A stretch of 64,000 nt of DNA, taken from NCBI GenBank assembly GCA_965200245.1, contig CBDATS010000015.1:96001-160000 (forward strand). The letters are read 5' to 3'. Shown here piece after piece: positions 41,837 to 53,366 of this stretch. The notes beneath the pieces are model-generated. The model was not told the origin of the DNA. It ran no database searches and worked only from the letters and a program-made list of their open reading frames with translations. This DNA is from a bacterium. GTDB lineage: Bacteria; UBA8248. How positions within the stretch are numbered: the first letter of the stretch is position 1; every line of letters starts with the position of its first letter. Position numbers and translations under genes: made by a program.

Positions 41837-42142
41837 GGATTCGCCTTTGAATCGAAGATAGCGTCCCCCAAAGGGGTAACCAAATCTTTGACAAGGGCCG
41901 GCTTCTTGCGAGGAACACGGAATCCTGAATAACTGTCGCTATTCTTTCGGCTATTCTCCCCTGCTGAATTCGGCAGAATTTAGCATGCCGTATTTCTTCG
42001 GGCAAGAATGACCTTAATTTCCGACAAGACGCTATTCCGCTTGCGTTTTTTTTTGAATGGTGATTAAAGTATTGTTGATATTGGCTGTCGAGCAAGTGGG
42101 TCAATCCATGGCCCATTTTTTATTTGCCATCGGAATAGAGTT

Positions 42143-42640
42143 ATGGCGCTCATTGATGTTGACAAAGAAATATGGGTTATCGCCCAGGAAATAGTATCTA
42201 ATCTGGGCTTTGAATTGGTTGATATTGAACTGGCCGGAAACCGGAACGGGCAAGTGATTCGAGTGTGTATAGAAAAACCAGGCGGGATTTCTCTTTCTGA
42301 TTGTGTAGAAGTTAGCCGAGAGCTTGGGAAAAGCCTGGACGATAAAGACATCATTGAAAATTCTTATCACCTTGAAGTTTCCAGTCCAGGCATCGACAGG
42401 CCACTGCGAAAAATACAGGATTTTGAGCGCTATATCGGACATCAAGCGAGAATACGCCTGAAAGGCAAGCGGAAAGGGAGCAGAAGAATCGTAGGGGAAA
42501 TTATCGAAGTGGATGGGAATATTATCCGTGTACTTTCAAAGAGCGGCGATAAAGCTTCCTTCTCGCTTGCCGATATCGCAAAAGCAAACCTGGATGTGGA
42601 TTGGGACGCTGAATTACAGGGTCAGGGGAATACGGATTAG
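42143..42640 (+). CDS. rimP: Ribosome maturation factor RimP
   Basis: LEVSSPGIDRPL; directly upstream of nusA. Confidence 0.95.
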   Translation: MALIDVDKEIWVIAQEIVSNLGFELVDIELAGNRNGQVIRVCIEKPGGISLSDCVEVSRELGKSLDDKDIIENSYHLEVSSPGIDRPLRKIQDFERYIGHQARIRLKGKRKGSRRIVGEIIEVDGNIIRVLSKSGDKASFSLADIAKANLDVDWDAELQGQGNTD

Positions 42641-42672
42641 AGTCAACTCTGTCCATCATGGAGGAGTAGTTC

Positions 42673-44022
42673 GTGAGTCAGGAATTGATCGCGGTTCTAA
42701 CGCAACTGGAACGTGAGCGAGGTGTCTCCAAAGACGTTTTACTCGATACCCTCAAGGTCGCGATGGCGTCAGCCGCGAAGAAACAATACGGTTTAGGCAA
42801 GAATGTGGATGTATCATTCGATGAACAAACAGGCGAAATCGGAGTCACAGTGGCGAAAGAAGTGGTCAGAATTATCCAGAATCCTCAAAGTGAGATTTTG
42901 TTACATGAAGCGCGCAAGGAAAATCCTGATATCCAGGTCGGAGACTTTCTTTCACAGGGCGTCGAAACCGAGGGGCTGGGCAGAATCGCCGCGCAAATTG
43001 CAAAACAAGTGATTTGGCAGCGGGTTCGTGAAGCGGAGCGTGTGAACATTTACCAGGAATTCAAGGAACGGGAAGGGGATTTGATAACGGGGTCTGTCTC
43101 GCAGGTAGAACGCGGCAATATCTATGTTGATATTGGGCGTACTGAGGCGATCCTCCCTCGACGGGAGCAGATTTTCAGGGAAGTCTATATGCGTGGAGAT
43201 CGCATCCGTGCTTATATCATGGAAGTGCGTGAAATCACGAAAGGGCCCCAAATTGTTCTCAGCAGGACACATCCCGGTTTGTTGATCCGTCTTTTTGAGA
43301 TGGAAGTGCCCGAAATTTACGACGGTATCGTTGCCATAAAAGGTTGTGTCCGAGAACCCAGTGGACGTTCAAAAGTATCAGTTGTAAGCCATGAACGAGA
43401 CATAGATCCCGTAGGGGCATGCGTGGGGACACGAGGCAGCCGTGTGCAATCGATTGTGCAAGAACTTAGGGGTGAGAAAATCGACATCATCTCCTGGAGT
43501 GACGACATACGCACTTATGCGGCAAACGCGCTTAGCCCTGCGAAGATACAGCATATCATTCTGATTGAAGATGAAGGCCGGATGGAAGTATTGGTGCCTG
43601 ACAATCAGCTTTCTCTGGCGATTGGGAAAGGCGGTCAAAATGTTCGCTTGGCAGCTAAACTCCTGGGCTGGAAAATTGATTTGAAAGGTGAGGGCGAGTA
43701 TAGACGACTTATCGCGGAGCAGGCGTTTTCGAGTGATGAGTCCCAGGAAAACATCTCTGACTTGGAAAAACAAGATGATAGTATTCTGCCAACGGAAAAT
43801 GTTGGGGATTCTTCCAGCGAACTGGTGCAACTAGAGCTTGTTGGTGAGAAGATGGCTCGCCTGCTGGCCGATAATGGGTTTTCTGCAATTGCGGCGATTA
43901 AATCGGCCTCGACGGAAGAATTGTGTGAGGTCCCCGGGATTGGTCCCAAACGTGCCGAACTGTTGATAGATGCTGCTCGGTCGTATGAAAAACCTGCTGG
44001 TACGGAATCTCATGAGGAATAA
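42673..44022 (+). CDS. nusA: Transcription factor NusA
   Basis: GRIAAQ.AKQ, EVPEI, GACVG and AIGKGGQN motifs. Confidence 0.97.
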   Translation: MSQELIAVLTQLERERGVSKDVLLDTLKVAMASAAKKQYGLGKNVDVSFDEQTGEIGVTVAKEVVRIIQNPQSEILLHEARKENPDIQVGDFLSQGVETEGLGRIAAQIAKQVIWQRVREAERVNIYQEFKEREGDLITGSVSQVERGNIYVDIGRTEAILPRREQIFREVYMRGDRIRAYIMEVREITKGPQIVLSRTHPGLLIRLFEMEVPEIYDGIVAIKGCVREPSGRSKVSVVSHERDIDPVGACVGTRGSRVQSIVQELRGEKIDIISWSDDIRTYAANALSPAKIQHIILIEDEGRMEVLVPDNQLSLAIGKGGQNVRLAAKLLGWKIDLKGEGEYRRLIAEQAFSSDESQENISDLEKQDDSILPTENVGDSSSELVQLELVGEKMARLLADNGFSAIAAIKSASTEELCEVPGIGPKRAELLIDAARSYEKPAGTESHEE

Positions 44023-44037
44023 TGAAGGAATAAGTGT

Positions 44038-44601
44038 TTGCCGGAGAGAACATGCATAGTTTGTCGGAATAAGGGAAATGCGAATAATTTTTTTCGAATG
44101 GTAATCTGCCCAAACGGGAAAATTATTTGCGAACTGGGAAGAAAATTACCGGGGAGAGGAGCTCATTGCTGTTTCGACATGAGTTGCATTTCAAGGCTGG
44201 TTTCCTCGAATCGCTTGGAAGTTGCACTGAAAACCAGGGGTTTTACTTTCGATTTGGAGCAATTGATTCAAAATGTGAGGATGCTGCTTAGACAAAACCT
44301 CAAGGGCATGTTGGCAGCTTCTAATCGAAAGTGTGTGCTTTCTTGTGGGAGAGAAGCGGTTTTCGAAAGGATGAAACTCTCGAAAACAGGGAAGCTGTTC
44401 GTTTCCAAGGACTTATCACCAAAAAGTTTAGTGAAGTTGAAACGCGCGTCGGAAGAATATTATGTTTTGCCTTTTGCTATGAATGAACTTGGAGTATTTT
44501 TGAATCGAAAGCCGATTGGCGTGCTGTTTATTGATGAATCTCTTCTTGTAGATAGCATCTGCTTGCGCTTGATCCAGGAAAGGGCAGTTAGTAATTGCTG
44601 A
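44038..44601 (+). CDS. YlxR (DUF448) fused to an L7Ae/YlxQ-like domain
   Basis: PERTCIVCR and PGRGA; C-terminal SKDLS..S and ELG pattern; lies between nusA and infB. Confidence 0.75.
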   Translation: MPERTCIVCRNKGNANNFFRMVICPNGKIICELGRKLPGRGAHCCFDMSCISRLVSSNRLEVALKTRGFTFDLEQLIQNVRMLLRQNLKGMLAASNRKCVLSCGREAVFERMKLSKTGKLFVSKDLSPKSLVKLKRASEEYYVLPFAMNELGVFLNRKPIGVLFIDESLLVDSICLRLIQERAVSNC

Positions 44602-44680
44602 AGCAAGATATGTATCAGGTTTCATGTTGGGTTTGTTATTGATTGCGACGCGGATGTGAAGAATCTGCGGTGGAGGCTTT

Positions 44681-46939
44681 ATGGCAAGCGTACGAGTATA
44701 CCAACTGGCTAAAGATCTTGGATATGACAGCAGAGCGTTTGTAGAGGAATTGGCCAGGGAAGGAATCGTAGTTAAAAGCCATATGAGCACTGTGGATGAT
44801 GAAACGGCAGAATTAATTATGGCTCTTTTTTCTCAAGAAGCACTCCAGGAGGAAAAAGAGTCTCCACCAAGAAAGCCTGAAGAGAAGGTTTCAACAAAGT
44901 CAAAATATGAAAAGCCTGAAAAAACAACGGATTCGGACTTAAAAGACATAGAATTCCATGAAGAATCAACGGATACTCCTGCCGTTCAGGAAGCAGCAAC
45001 CGAGGTTGTTGTCCCCCCTCAAGATACTGCCGTCGCCGAGAAACCAGACGCTAGCGAAGAAAAGGACAAGGTCGAAAAACGAGAAGTTTTAGATGAAACG
45101 GGATTATCATCAAAGGATAAAGTGGTCATATCACCGCCGACTCCAGAAGTTGCACCAGATGCCGGTATTGAAAGGCCCTCTCGCCGCCATGGCGGGCGCG
45201 TACGTATTGCGGAAACGATAACAGTCAAAGAACTTGCTGACAAAATTAACGTGAAGGCGACAGAAATAATCAAGGAATTGATGAAAAAAGGCCAGATGAC
45301 GACAATCAATCAAATGATCGATCACAATACGGCCACGAATATATCCGAAACCTTCGGCTATGAGGTTGAAATATCGAAGGACAATATTGAGGGTTTGCTG
45401 ATTCAGGAAGATGATAATGAAGAAGACCTTCGGCTCCGGGCTCCTGTCATAACAATCATGGGTCATGTTGATCATGGAAAAACGAGGCTTCTTGATGCCA
45501 TTCGCAAAGCAAATGTGATGGAAGGCGAAGCAGGTGGAATTACCCAACACATTGGCGCCTACAGAGTAACTACGGACAGGGGAACGGCCGTATTTTTGGA
45601 TACTCCGGGGCACGAAGCCTTTACAGCAATGAGAGCGCGGGGAGCGCAAGTGACGGATTTGGTAATCATCGTTGTAGCTGCGAATGAAGGAGTTATGCCC
45701 CAGACTCGAGAGGCAATCGATCACGCGAAAGCTGCCGGGGTTCCGATTATGGTGGCGATGAATAAAATAGACTTGGCAGACGCAAATCCAGACAGGGTAA
45801 AACAACAACTCTCGATTTTGGATTTAATCCCGGAAAATTGGGGTGGAGATACGGTTTATTCTGAGGTTTCGGCAAAAGAGAATATCGGAATTGATGACCT
45901 CTTGGACCTTGCCATTCTGCAGGCTGAACTCATGGAATTGAAAGCGAATCCGAACCGACTCGCCAGCGGTGTCGTTGTGGAAGCCAAGCTGGATAAGGGG
46001 CGCGGGCCGGTTGCTACGGTTTTGGTACAACGCGGCACTTTGAATGTGAGTGATAACTTCGTGGCTGGTAAATGGAGTGGCAAGGTTCGCGCACTTCTGG
46101 ATGATCAGGGGCGCAAGTTGAAATTGGCCGGGCCATCTACACCGGTAGAAATTTTGGGATTCGCCGGTGTTCCGGAAGCGGGCGATACATTCACTGTTTT
46201 GGAAGATGAAAAAACGGCGAGGGAGATAAGCGCCAAACGACAACAACGTGAACGCTTGGCAGCTCTTATGGCTTCCGCGCGTGTTTCTTTGGAAAGCTTC
46301 ATGGAAAGTGTTGAAGAAGGCCAGGTCAAAGAGTTGAGCCTGATCTTGAAAGCAGATGTGCAAGGTAGCATAGAGGCGTTAAAGGAATCCTTGGGCAAAC
46401 TAGGGAATGAAGAAGTGGGGGTGAGGGTTCTACATAGTGCGGTAGGAGGAATTACTGAAACTGACGTAATGCTCGCTGCTGCTTCGGCGGCCGTTATCGT
46501 GGGTTTTAATGTTCGCCCAACGCCGGGGGCCAGAGACGTCGCGAAAAATGAAAAAGTAGACATTCGGTTATATTCGATTATCTATGACGCGATAGATGAA
46601 ATCAAATCGGCCCTGGAGGGTATCCTCGAACCCGTCCAGCGAGAAATTGTGCGTGGGCACGCGGAAATCCGGGAACTATTCCATGTTCCCAATGTAGGGG
46701 CGATAGCAGGTTGTTACGTCACCGATGGAAACATCCACAGAAATTCGAGCGCGCGCCTTATCCGGGATAATGTAGTTATATACACAGGCAGAATCTCGTC
46801 TTTGAGACGATTCAAGGATGATGTGAATGAAGTCCAGTCTGGTTATGAGTGTGGAATCGGGATTGAGAATTATAATGACATCAAGCTAGGTGACATAATC
46901 GAACCATATGTTACGGAAGAAGTGTCCCGGACGCTTTAG
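44681..46939 (+). CDS. infB: Translation initiation factor IF-2
   Basis: [17 protein letters not shown] and LRRFKDDV motifs. Confidence 0.97.
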   Translation: MASVRVYQLAKDLGYDSRAFVEELAREGIVVKSHMSTVDDETAELIMALFSQEALQEEKESPPRKPEEKVSTKSKYEKPEKTTDSDLKDIEFHEESTDTPAVQEAATEVVVPPQDTAVAEKPDASEEKDKVEKREVLDETGLSSKDKVVISPPTPEVAPDAGIERPSRRHGGRVRIAETITVKELADKINVKATEIIKELMKKGQMTTINQMIDHNTATNISETFGYEVEISKDNIEGLLIQEDDNEEDLRLRAPVITIMGHVDHGKTRLLDAIRKANVMEGEAGGITQHIGAYRVTTDRGTAVFLDTPGHEAFTAMRARGAQVTDLVIIVVAANEGVMPQTREAIDHAKAAGVPIMVAMNKIDLADANPDRVKQQLSILDLIPENWGGDTVYSEVSAKENIGIDDLLDLAILQAELMELKANPNRLASGVVVEAKLDKGRGPVATVLVQRGTLNVSDNFVAGKWSGKVRALLDDQGRKLKLAGPSTPVEILGFAGVPEAGDTFTVLEDEKTAREISAKRQQRERLAALMASARVSLESFMESVEEGQVKELSLILKADVQGSIEALKESLGKLGNEEVGVRVLHSAVGGITETDVMLAAASAAVIVGFNVRPTPGARDVAKNEKVDIRLYSIIYDAIDEIKSALEGILEPVQREIVRGHAEIRELFHVPNVGAIAGCYVTDGNIHRNSSARLIRDNVVIYTGRISSLRRFKDDVNEVQSGYECGIGIENYNDIKLGDIIEPYVTEEVSRTL

Positions 46940-46972
46940 GTTGTTTTGTTACGTCATTGATATCTTTCCTCC

Positions 46973-47257
46973 ATGCCTTTTGTTGGTCTTTTGAAAATTG
47001 ATGTTCAGATTCCTGAATGCCACTCACTGAAGGCAAAACGTAAAATTGTTCAGTCTATCACTACACGCTTGCGTCAAAGGTTTAACGTATCTGTCGCTGA
47101 GGTCGATTTCCAGGATAAGTGGCAGAGGTGTCTTATCGGTGTGAGTTTTGTGAGTAATGATCGTCGATTTGTGGATAGCCAGCTCAGAAAAGTGCTTGAT
47201 TTTCTTGAGGGACTGGGCTTAAGCATAACATTGGATTTTTATATTGAGATTTTTTGA
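46973..47257 (+). CDS. DUF503 (YlxP) protein
   Basis: SLKAKR and FNVSVAEV..QD.WQR motifs. Confidence 0.9.
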   Translation: MPFVGLLKIDVQIPECHSLKAKRKIVQSITTRLRQRFNVSVAEVDFQDKWQRCLIGVSFVSNDRRFVDSQLRKVLDFLEGLGLSITLDFYIEIF

Positions 47258-47281
47258 AGTCTGTGGAGTGAAATTGTCAAT

Positions 47282-47635
47282 ATGAGCCATTCCCGAATGT
47301 TCCGTGTAGCAGAACTAATCCACTCAGAACTCGCGAATGTGATGATGAAAGAAGTGAAGGATCCACGTGTGCGACATGTTGTGATTACCCGGGTGGAGGT
47401 GGCCCCGGACTTGCGCATTGCGAAGGTTTACTTTAGCCGATACGGTGAAAATCAGGGAAATATCGAGGAGATGGAAGAAGGTTTTCAGGGCCTTGAGCGA
47501 GCAAGTGGATTCTTGCAAAGGAAACTTGCCGAACGTTTGCAATTGAAAAGCACGCCCAAGATAAAATTCTTCGTCGATCGGGGATTGGCATACAGTGCCG
47601 AAATCGAACGCTTGCTATCTGACGTGAGGAAATAA
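47282..47635 (+). CDS. rbfA: 30S ribosome-binding factor RbfA
   Basis: KDPRV, DLRIAKVY and P.I.F..D motifs. Confidence 0.95.
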   Translation: MSHSRMFRVAELIHSELANVMMKEVKDPRVRHVVITRVEVAPDLRIAKVYFSRYGENQGNIEEMEEGFQGLERASGFLQRKLAERLQLKSTPKIKFFVDRGLAYSAEIERLLSDVRK

Positions 47636-47655
47636 GTTCGAGGAAGGATCAAATT

Positions 47656-48582
47656 TTGGAACTATCGGGCGTTTTGAATCTGAAGAAAAAGCATGGTCCC
47701 ACCTCACATGACATGGTTCATGCTGTGAGAACACTGCTTCCTGGAAAAGAAAAAGTGGGCCATGCAGGCACGCTTGATCCTTTGGCCGAAGGAGTGTTGC
47801 CGATTTGTATTGGTCATTCGACGAAATTGTTCTCATATTTTTTGGACTGCAAGAAATCGTACCAAGCTGTAATGTTGTTTGGGCGAGTGACGGATACCCA
47901 GGATATAACGGGAAAATTGCTGGCCGAAACTGAGCCGGGAGACATCTCGCTTTCTCAAGCCCAAGAGCTTCTGAATGCGTTTTTGGGAAAGACAGAGCAG
48001 ATGCCGCCAATGTATTCTGCATTAAAGACGAATGGCAAGCGGCTGCATGAACTGGCCCGCTCTGGCCAACAGGTTGAAAGAGAAAAACGGCTCATTGAGA
48101 TATATGGGATCAAGGCAATTGGAATAGATGGACCACAACTTAGCTTTGCTGTCACATGCTCCCGAGGCACATATATTCGATCTATTTGCCATGACGTCGG
48201 TGCAAATCAAGGGTCCGGTGGATGTTTGCAAGCGCTTACGCGTACCGCTTTGGGGCCATTCGATCTCTTGGATTCGGTTACTATTGAGGAGGTCGCACAT
48301 TACTCGAAAGAAAGACGCCTTCGAGAGATTCTGATGAGTCCGGCGCAGGCGCTCGCACATTTGCCTGCCATATATGTACGTCCGAGAGCGGAAGTGCGGG
48401 TATTGAATGGCGCTATGATTAGAATAGAGGATGTCCACCAAGTTCTTGATTTGCCGGTGGATACCCGTGTGCGAATGCTCAATGAACCGGGAGAGTTATT
48501 GGGAGTCGGAAAGATGATCGATGAAAATAAGCGCAAACTAAATCAGGGGTTTGTGGCGCCTGAAAAGGTATTTGTCACCTAG
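47656..48582 (+). CDS. truB: tRNA pseudouridine(55) synthase
   Basis: GHAGTLDP, PPMYSA and GTYIRS motifs. Confidence 0.96.
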   Translation: MELSGVLNLKKKHGPTSHDMVHAVRTLLPGKEKVGHAGTLDPLAEGVLPICIGHSTKLFSYFLDCKKSYQAVMLFGRVTDTQDITGKLLAETEPGDISLSQAQELLNAFLGKTEQMPPMYSALKTNGKRLHELARSGQQVEREKRLIEIYGIKAIGIDGPQLSFAVTCSRGTYIRSICHDVGANQGSGGCLQALTRTALGPFDLLDSVTIEEVAHYSKERRLREILMSPAQALAHLPAIYVRPRAEVRVLNGAMIRIEDVHQVLDLPVDTRVRMLNEPGELLGVGKMIDENKRKLNQGFVAPEKVFVT

Positions 48583-48612
48583 AATGAAGCGAGAATATGC
48601 ACTTGCACTATA

Positions 48613-48641
48613 TTTACATGGATTAAAAAGTCGTATAAAAT
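48613..48641 (+). promoter_or_regulatory. Putative sigma70 promoter for rpsO-pnp
   Basis: TTTACA-N17-TAAAAT. Confidence 0.55.
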
Positions 48642-48720
48642 CCGCCCGTTTTTCTAATTAATGGGCAAATCGTGCTCAGTTGGGTAGAATAACCTATTTG
48701 TAGTGGAGGAAGTGACGGAA

Positions 48721-48990
48721 ATGCCCCTAGCGAAGGAGCGAAAATCTGAAGTTATCGAAAAATTTCGCACACATGACACCGATACTGGTTCACCAGAAGT
48801 TCAGGTAGCTATCCTTACCGAGCGTATTTCCTACCTCACCGACCATTTCAAGACCCACAAGAAAGATCATCATTCTCGAAGAGGTTTATTGAAACTCGTG
48901 GGTCAACGGCGTCGTCTCCTGGATTATTTGAGAGATAAGGACATCCACCGCTACCGCACGATTATTCAGGATCTCGGCCTGCGTCGCTAG
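48721..48990 (+). CDS. rpsO: 30S ribosomal protein S15
   Basis: [10 protein letters not shown] and KDHHSRRGL motifs. Confidence 0.97.
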   Translation: MPLAKERKSEVIEKFRTHDTDTGSPEVQVAILTERISYLTDHFKTHKKDHHSRRGLLKLVGQRRRLLDYLRDKDIHRYRTIIQDLGLRR

Positions 48991-49022
48991 ATGTGGGTTT
49001 CGCCCCAGAGGGAAGTTATCTA

Positions 49023-51158
49023 ATGCCACCGTATCGTAAAGACATGTCTATCAATGGTTATACACTTGCTTTTGAAACAGGTGAGATAGCCAAGCAAGCC
49101 AGTGGCGCTGTCATGATGCATTATGGTGAAACCAGTGTTCTGTGCACGGCTTGCGCCTCGCATTCCCCCCGTGAGGGAGTGGATTTTTTCCCACTAACTG
49201 TCGATTACCGAGAATTTTTCTACGCGGCAGGAATCATCCCGGGAAATTTTTTTCGGCGCGAAGCCAAACCTGGCGAGAGAGAAACACTGACCTGCCGATT
49301 AATTGATAGGCCGATCCGTCCCCTTTTCCCCAAGGAATTTCGTTGTGAGACGATGATCCAGGTCATGGTCATGTCTTATGACAAATTGAACGATTCCGAC
49401 ATTCTGGCAATCAATGGAACCTCAGCCGCTCTCCACATTTCAGATATCCCTTTTGCCGGCCCTGTCGGTGCTGTCCGCGTCGGACGCCTTGAAGGTGAAA
49501 TTATCGTCAACCCAACGATCGAACAGCAAATTGACAGCGATCTGAACTGTGTGATGGCTGGAACATCAGACGCGATAGTGATGGTGGAAGCAGGCAGTTT
49601 TGAAGTTTCTGAAGATGTGTACATGGAAGCGTTTGAGAAAGGCCATGCTGTAATCAAGGAATTATGCGCCTTGCAAAATGAACTCAGGGTCGAATGTGGA
49701 AAACCCAAACGAGTCGTCGAGGCTGAAGAAGAAGATGCAGAATTGTTGGGCAAAGTGCGTGAAATTGTTGTGCCTAGATTAGAGGCAGCAGCTGAAATAC
49801 ACGATAAAGAGGGGCAATATGGCGCAATAGATGAGGCGAAAGCTGCTGCACTCGATTCTCTTTGCGCAGAGGAGGAAGGATCTCCTGCGAAAGGGGTCGT
49901 TTCTGATTATTTCAGCAAGATCGAAAAAGAGGTTTTCCGAGGTCTGATCCTGGATGAAGGAAAACGTTCAGACGGGCGGGGGCTTCGTGATGTCAGGCCG
50001 ATAACCATTAGAATGTCTCCACTGGCCAGGCCCCATGGCAGTGCATTGTTCACACGGGGTGAGACCCAGGCATTGGTGACTGTAACGCTAGGCACTGCTT
50101 CAGAAGCGCAGTTGATAGACACATTGGATGGCAAAGCCGACAGGACATTTTTGCTTCACTACAATTTCCCCGGATTTAGTGTTGGCGAAGCGAAACCGAA
50201 CCGTGGTCCCGGACGCCGCGAAATAGGCCACGGCGCTTTGGCTTCTCGGGCCGTCCAGGCGATTTTGCCTGAACAGGAAGAGTTTCCTTACGTGATCCGC
50301 GTGGTTTCGGATATCACGGAAAGCAACGGCAGTTCATCCATGGCGAGTATCTGCGGAGCTAGTTTGGCCTTGATGAATGCAGGAGTACCGATCACATCCC
50401 CGGTGGCCGGTATTGCCATGGGTTTGATTAGCGAAGAATCAACTGGAAGAACTGCAATACTTACCGATATCCTCGGATTGGAAGATCATTTGGGAGATAT
50501 GGATTTTAAGGTCGGTGGTACTCGTCATGGCATTACCGCCCTTCAGATGGATATCAAGATCAAAGGGTTGCAATTAGGTCTCGTAAGAGAGGCCTTGGCG
50601 CAGGCGAAAGACGCTCGAATGCATGTGCTTGATCAAATGGACAAGGTCATTTCCCAGCCAAGCGAGGAGATTTCACCTTATGCGCCGAGGATAATGACGA
50701 TGCAGGTTTCCAAGGACCGCGTGAGAGACGTGATAGGGCCGGGCGGGAAGGTGATTCGTGGAATTGTCGAGGAAACAGGTGCGGATGTAGATATTGAGGA
50801 TGACGGAACCATATTCATTTCATCTACGGAAGAGGCGGCTGCACTCAGGGCGATGGAGATAATTCGTGAACTTACTCAGGAAGCTGAGAAGGGAACGATT
50901 TACTACGGAACTGTCAGAAAAATCATGGATTTTGGAGCATTTATCGAAATATTCCCGGGAACGGATGGGCTTTGCCATATCAGCATGATCGCGAAGAAGA
51001 GAATTGGTTCAGCAAGTGACGTTCTGAAAGAAGGCCAGAAGGTTTTGGTAAAATGTATGGAAGTGGAAGGTAATGGGAGGATTCGGCTATCCATGAAAGA
51101 TGTGATAGAAGAAGAGTTGCCTGAAGAATGGAAACAATTCTATGCACCTGTGACTTGA
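49023..51158 (+). CDS. pnp: Polynucleotide phosphorylase
   Basis: FFPLTVDY, RREIGHG, ESNGSSSMA and DMDFKV motifs; KH and S1 domains. Confidence 0.97.
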   Translation: MPPYRKDMSINGYTLAFETGEIAKQASGAVMMHYGETSVLCTACASHSPREGVDFFPLTVDYREFFYAAGIIPGNFFRREAKPGERETLTCRLIDRPIRPLFPKEFRCETMIQVMVMSYDKLNDSDILAINGTSAALHISDIPFAGPVGAVRVGRLEGEIIVNPTIEQQIDSDLNCVMAGTSDAIVMVEAGSFEVSEDVYMEAFEKGHAVIKELCALQNELRVECGKPKRVVEAEEEDAELLGKVREIVVPRLEAAAEIHDKEGQYGAIDEAKAAALDSLCAEEEGSPAKGVVSDYFSKIEKEVFRGLILDEGKRSDGRGLRDVRPITIRMSPLARPHGSALFTRGETQALVTVTLGTASEAQLIDTLDGKADRTFLLHYNFPGFSVGEAKPNRGPGRREIGHGALASRAVQAILPEQEEFPYVIRVVSDITESNGSSSMASICGASLALMNAGVPITSPVAGIAMGLISEESTGRTAILTDILGLEDHLGDMDFKVGGTRHGITALQMDIKIKGLQLGLVREALAQAKDARMHVLDQMDKVISQPSEEISPYAPRIMTMQVSKDRVRDVIGPGGKVIRGIVEETGADVDIEDDGTIFISSTEEAAALRAMEIIRELTQEAEKGTIYYGTVRKIMDFGAFIEIFPGTDGLCHISMIAKKRIGSASDVLKEGQKVLVKCMEVEGNGRIRLSMKDVIEEELPEEWKQFYAPVT

Positions 51159-51181
51159 GAAAGTCAATTTTCGATGTGTGC

Positions 51182-51211
51182 GCCGGTCTCCCGGGAGGCC
51201 GGTTTTTCTTT
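51182..51211 (+). terminator. Rho-independent terminator after pnp
   Basis: GCCGGTCTC-CCGG-GAGGCCGGT followed by TTTTCTTT. Confidence 0.8.
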
Positions 51212-51291
51212 GACTATAGAGCAGGTGGAGCGGCAAATCTATTGATGCCAATTGTCAGTAGTTACTTTTTCCGGAAATCCAGGGGGCGAAA

Positions 51292-52380
51292 ATGAACAGG
51301 AAATCTTTAGGTGTGGGTGTTGTGGGTTCCGGCAGAATAGGAACTTTGCGGGCGAATCTCGTTTCACGCCACCCATCTCTGGAGTTTTTGGCCGTCTCCG
51401 ACATCGATCAACATCGGGCGAAAGAATTGGGGTCTCAAGTTGACGCTCAACTCGCTACCGGCAGTAATGAAGAAGTTATTGAACACCCTGAAGTCACGAC
51501 AGTAATCGTGTCCACGCCCGAGCATGATCATGCCGATTCCATTATCCATGCCTTGGAATTAGGCAAACCCGTGTTGGTGGAAAAACCCATATCTCTGACT
51601 TTGGAGGATGCAGATCGCATACTCACAGTTGCTGAAAGGACGGGTACTGAACTCAGGGTAGGGTATGCCCAACGATTCAAACGTCGTTACCAGATGGCGA
51701 AAGAACAGATTGCCCAAGGAAGGCTGGGTGAAATTCTTGCCGGCACAGGCAGAACCTGCAACACCCGCGCCCAAGGACTACAGATACTGAAGCGCTCGCC
51801 TCACGCAACGCCCGTTCTCGATGTGCTCACGTATTGGGTGGATATGACCTGCTGGTTCTTGGAAGGTCATCGACCGGTTGAAGTGGTCGCCCGTGGAAAC
51901 GGGAAAATATATAAGGAACATGGTTATTCGGCGAACGACGTCACTTGGTCCATTGTTACGTTTGATAATGGAGCCGTGATGAATCTGGGTGTTTTTTATG
52001 CTTTGCCTGCAAAATATCCTGCTTTGGGACAGAGCGTGAGAATGGAGATTTATGGCACGGATGGCGTTTTAATGCTTGATGAAGACCACAAGGATGAGAT
52101 GCTGTACACCGATAAGGGAATTCCTCACACTTATATACCTGATCACCACATCAACACGGCATTTTTAAGCAGCACGACTCCAGGTGACTGGGCGGCGGGT
52201 GATTATTGGGGTCCGCTGGGTGATGAAACAAGAAGCTGGCTGGATCATGTCGTCAACGGGCGGCCAACTACGCACGCCACGGCTGAAGATGCGCGCCAAA
52301 CCCTGGAAGTGACGATAGCGATGGAATTGTCATCCCAAACGGGCGAGGCCGTGCGATTGCCATTGGGGGAAGGGCATTGA
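51292..52380 (+). CDS. Gfo/Idh/MocA family oxidoreductase
   Basis: GVVGSGRIG, VSTP..H and VEKP motifs. Confidence 0.9.
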   Translation: MNRKSLGVGVVGSGRIGTLRANLVSRHPSLEFLAVSDIDQHRAKELGSQVDAQLATGSNEEVIEHPEVTTVIVSTPEHDHADSIIHALELGKPVLVEKPISLTLEDADRILTVAERTGTELRVGYAQRFKRRYQMAKEQIAQGRLGEILAGTGRTCNTRAQGLQILKRSPHATPVLDVLTYWVDMTCWFLEGHRPVEVVARGNGKIYKEHGYSANDVTWSIVTFDNGAVMNLGVFYALPAKYPALGQSVRMEIYGTDGVLMLDEDHKDEMLYTDKGIPHTYIPDHHINTAFLSSTTPGDWAAGDYWGPLGDETRSWLDHVVNGRPTTHATAEDARQTLEVTIAMELSSQTGEAVRLPLGEGH

Positions 52381-52447
52381 AAGATTGTCACTTGCAACGA
52401 AAATGGCCCGAGGCTGTCGGGATATAGCCTGATTTGACATTCTTATT

Positions 52448-53263
52448 CTAGATGCGCATCAAGTCTTGTCCGAAAATAATCTTCCCATCAAAAAACCGCG
52501 TTACTTCTTCGATGGTTTTTTCTCTGGATGCCATGGGTGGCGTAAGATGAGACAATACAACTGTGTTTACATTCGCCTCTTTTGCCGTACGTCCAATTTC
52601 TTCTGTAGTCGCATGATGGCCAGCGATTATTTTCGCCATTTGCTCGGTTTGGTCTAGCATTTCCACTATAGATTCAGGAAGGCATGGATGCATCATCAAG
52701 ACATCCGCGTTTCTCGCGAATGAGGCGAGTTTTTCGTTTGGACTCCCGTCGCTTGCAATGACAATGCTTCTGCCTTCGGCTTCAAATCGATATGACAAGA
52801 TATCATCCACGTTTCCGTGCTCTGTGCATTTATCGGCGGAAACCCTCAGGTTTCCGATTTCAAACGATTCTCCCCTTGAAATGATGGTTGTCTGCAAGTC
52901 CAGACCCGCTCTTGGTTTGCCCTCTTTTGCGCGAAGTTCGATATCGTATTCATAGTAATGAAGCATACGTTCGACATGTTGTTCTACCGGAGTGGGACCA
53001 AAAACATGGAGTGTGTTCGATGCTCCAAATAACCAGCGCGTGATATAAAAATCCCCAAAACCGGTAAAATGGTCTGAATGAAAATGAGTGAATAACCGGT
53101 GGTTGACTGAGTGGATCTTGTATCCTGCAGACACGATTTGGCGGGGGACGTTCCTGCCGGCATCAATGAGATATAATCTGCCGCCAGATACAATTCCATT
53201 CGCGTGTCCGCTCGCTCCGGGATACGGTGGTGGTGAGCCTACTCCCAAGAGTATCAATTCCAT
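52448..53263 (-). CDS. MBL-fold hydrolase, RNase Z/AtsA-like
   Basis: LLG..SP, DAG, THFHSDH, HH.T and LSH motifs. Confidence 0.85.
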   Translation of the reverse strand: MELILLGVGSPPPYPGASGHANGIVSGGRLYLIDAGRNVPRQIVSAGYKIHSVNHRLFTHFHSDHFTGFGDFYITRWLFGASNTLHVFGPTPVEQHVERMLHYYEYDIELRAKEGKPRAGLDLQTTIISRGESFEIGNLRVSADKCTEHGNVDDILSYRFEAEGRSIVIASDGSPNEKLASFARNADVLMMHPCLPESIVEMLDQTEQMAKIIAGHHATTEEIGRTAKEANVNTVVLSHLTPPMASREKTIEEVTRFFDGKIIFGQDLMRI

Positions 53264-53322
53264 ATTGTGGGCCTTCAAGAACCAAGGGAAGAAAACCAGA
53301 ACCGAATGGAATCCCGAATGCA

Positions 53323-53358
53323 AACCGGGCCCGACCGATGTTGATGGCGGGCCCGGTT
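53323..53358. terminator. Stem-loop downstream of the TAXI gene
   Basis: 11-bp inverted repeat AACCGGGCCCG/CGGGCCCGGTT. Confidence 0.55.
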
Positions 53359-53366
53359 GCGTAAAT

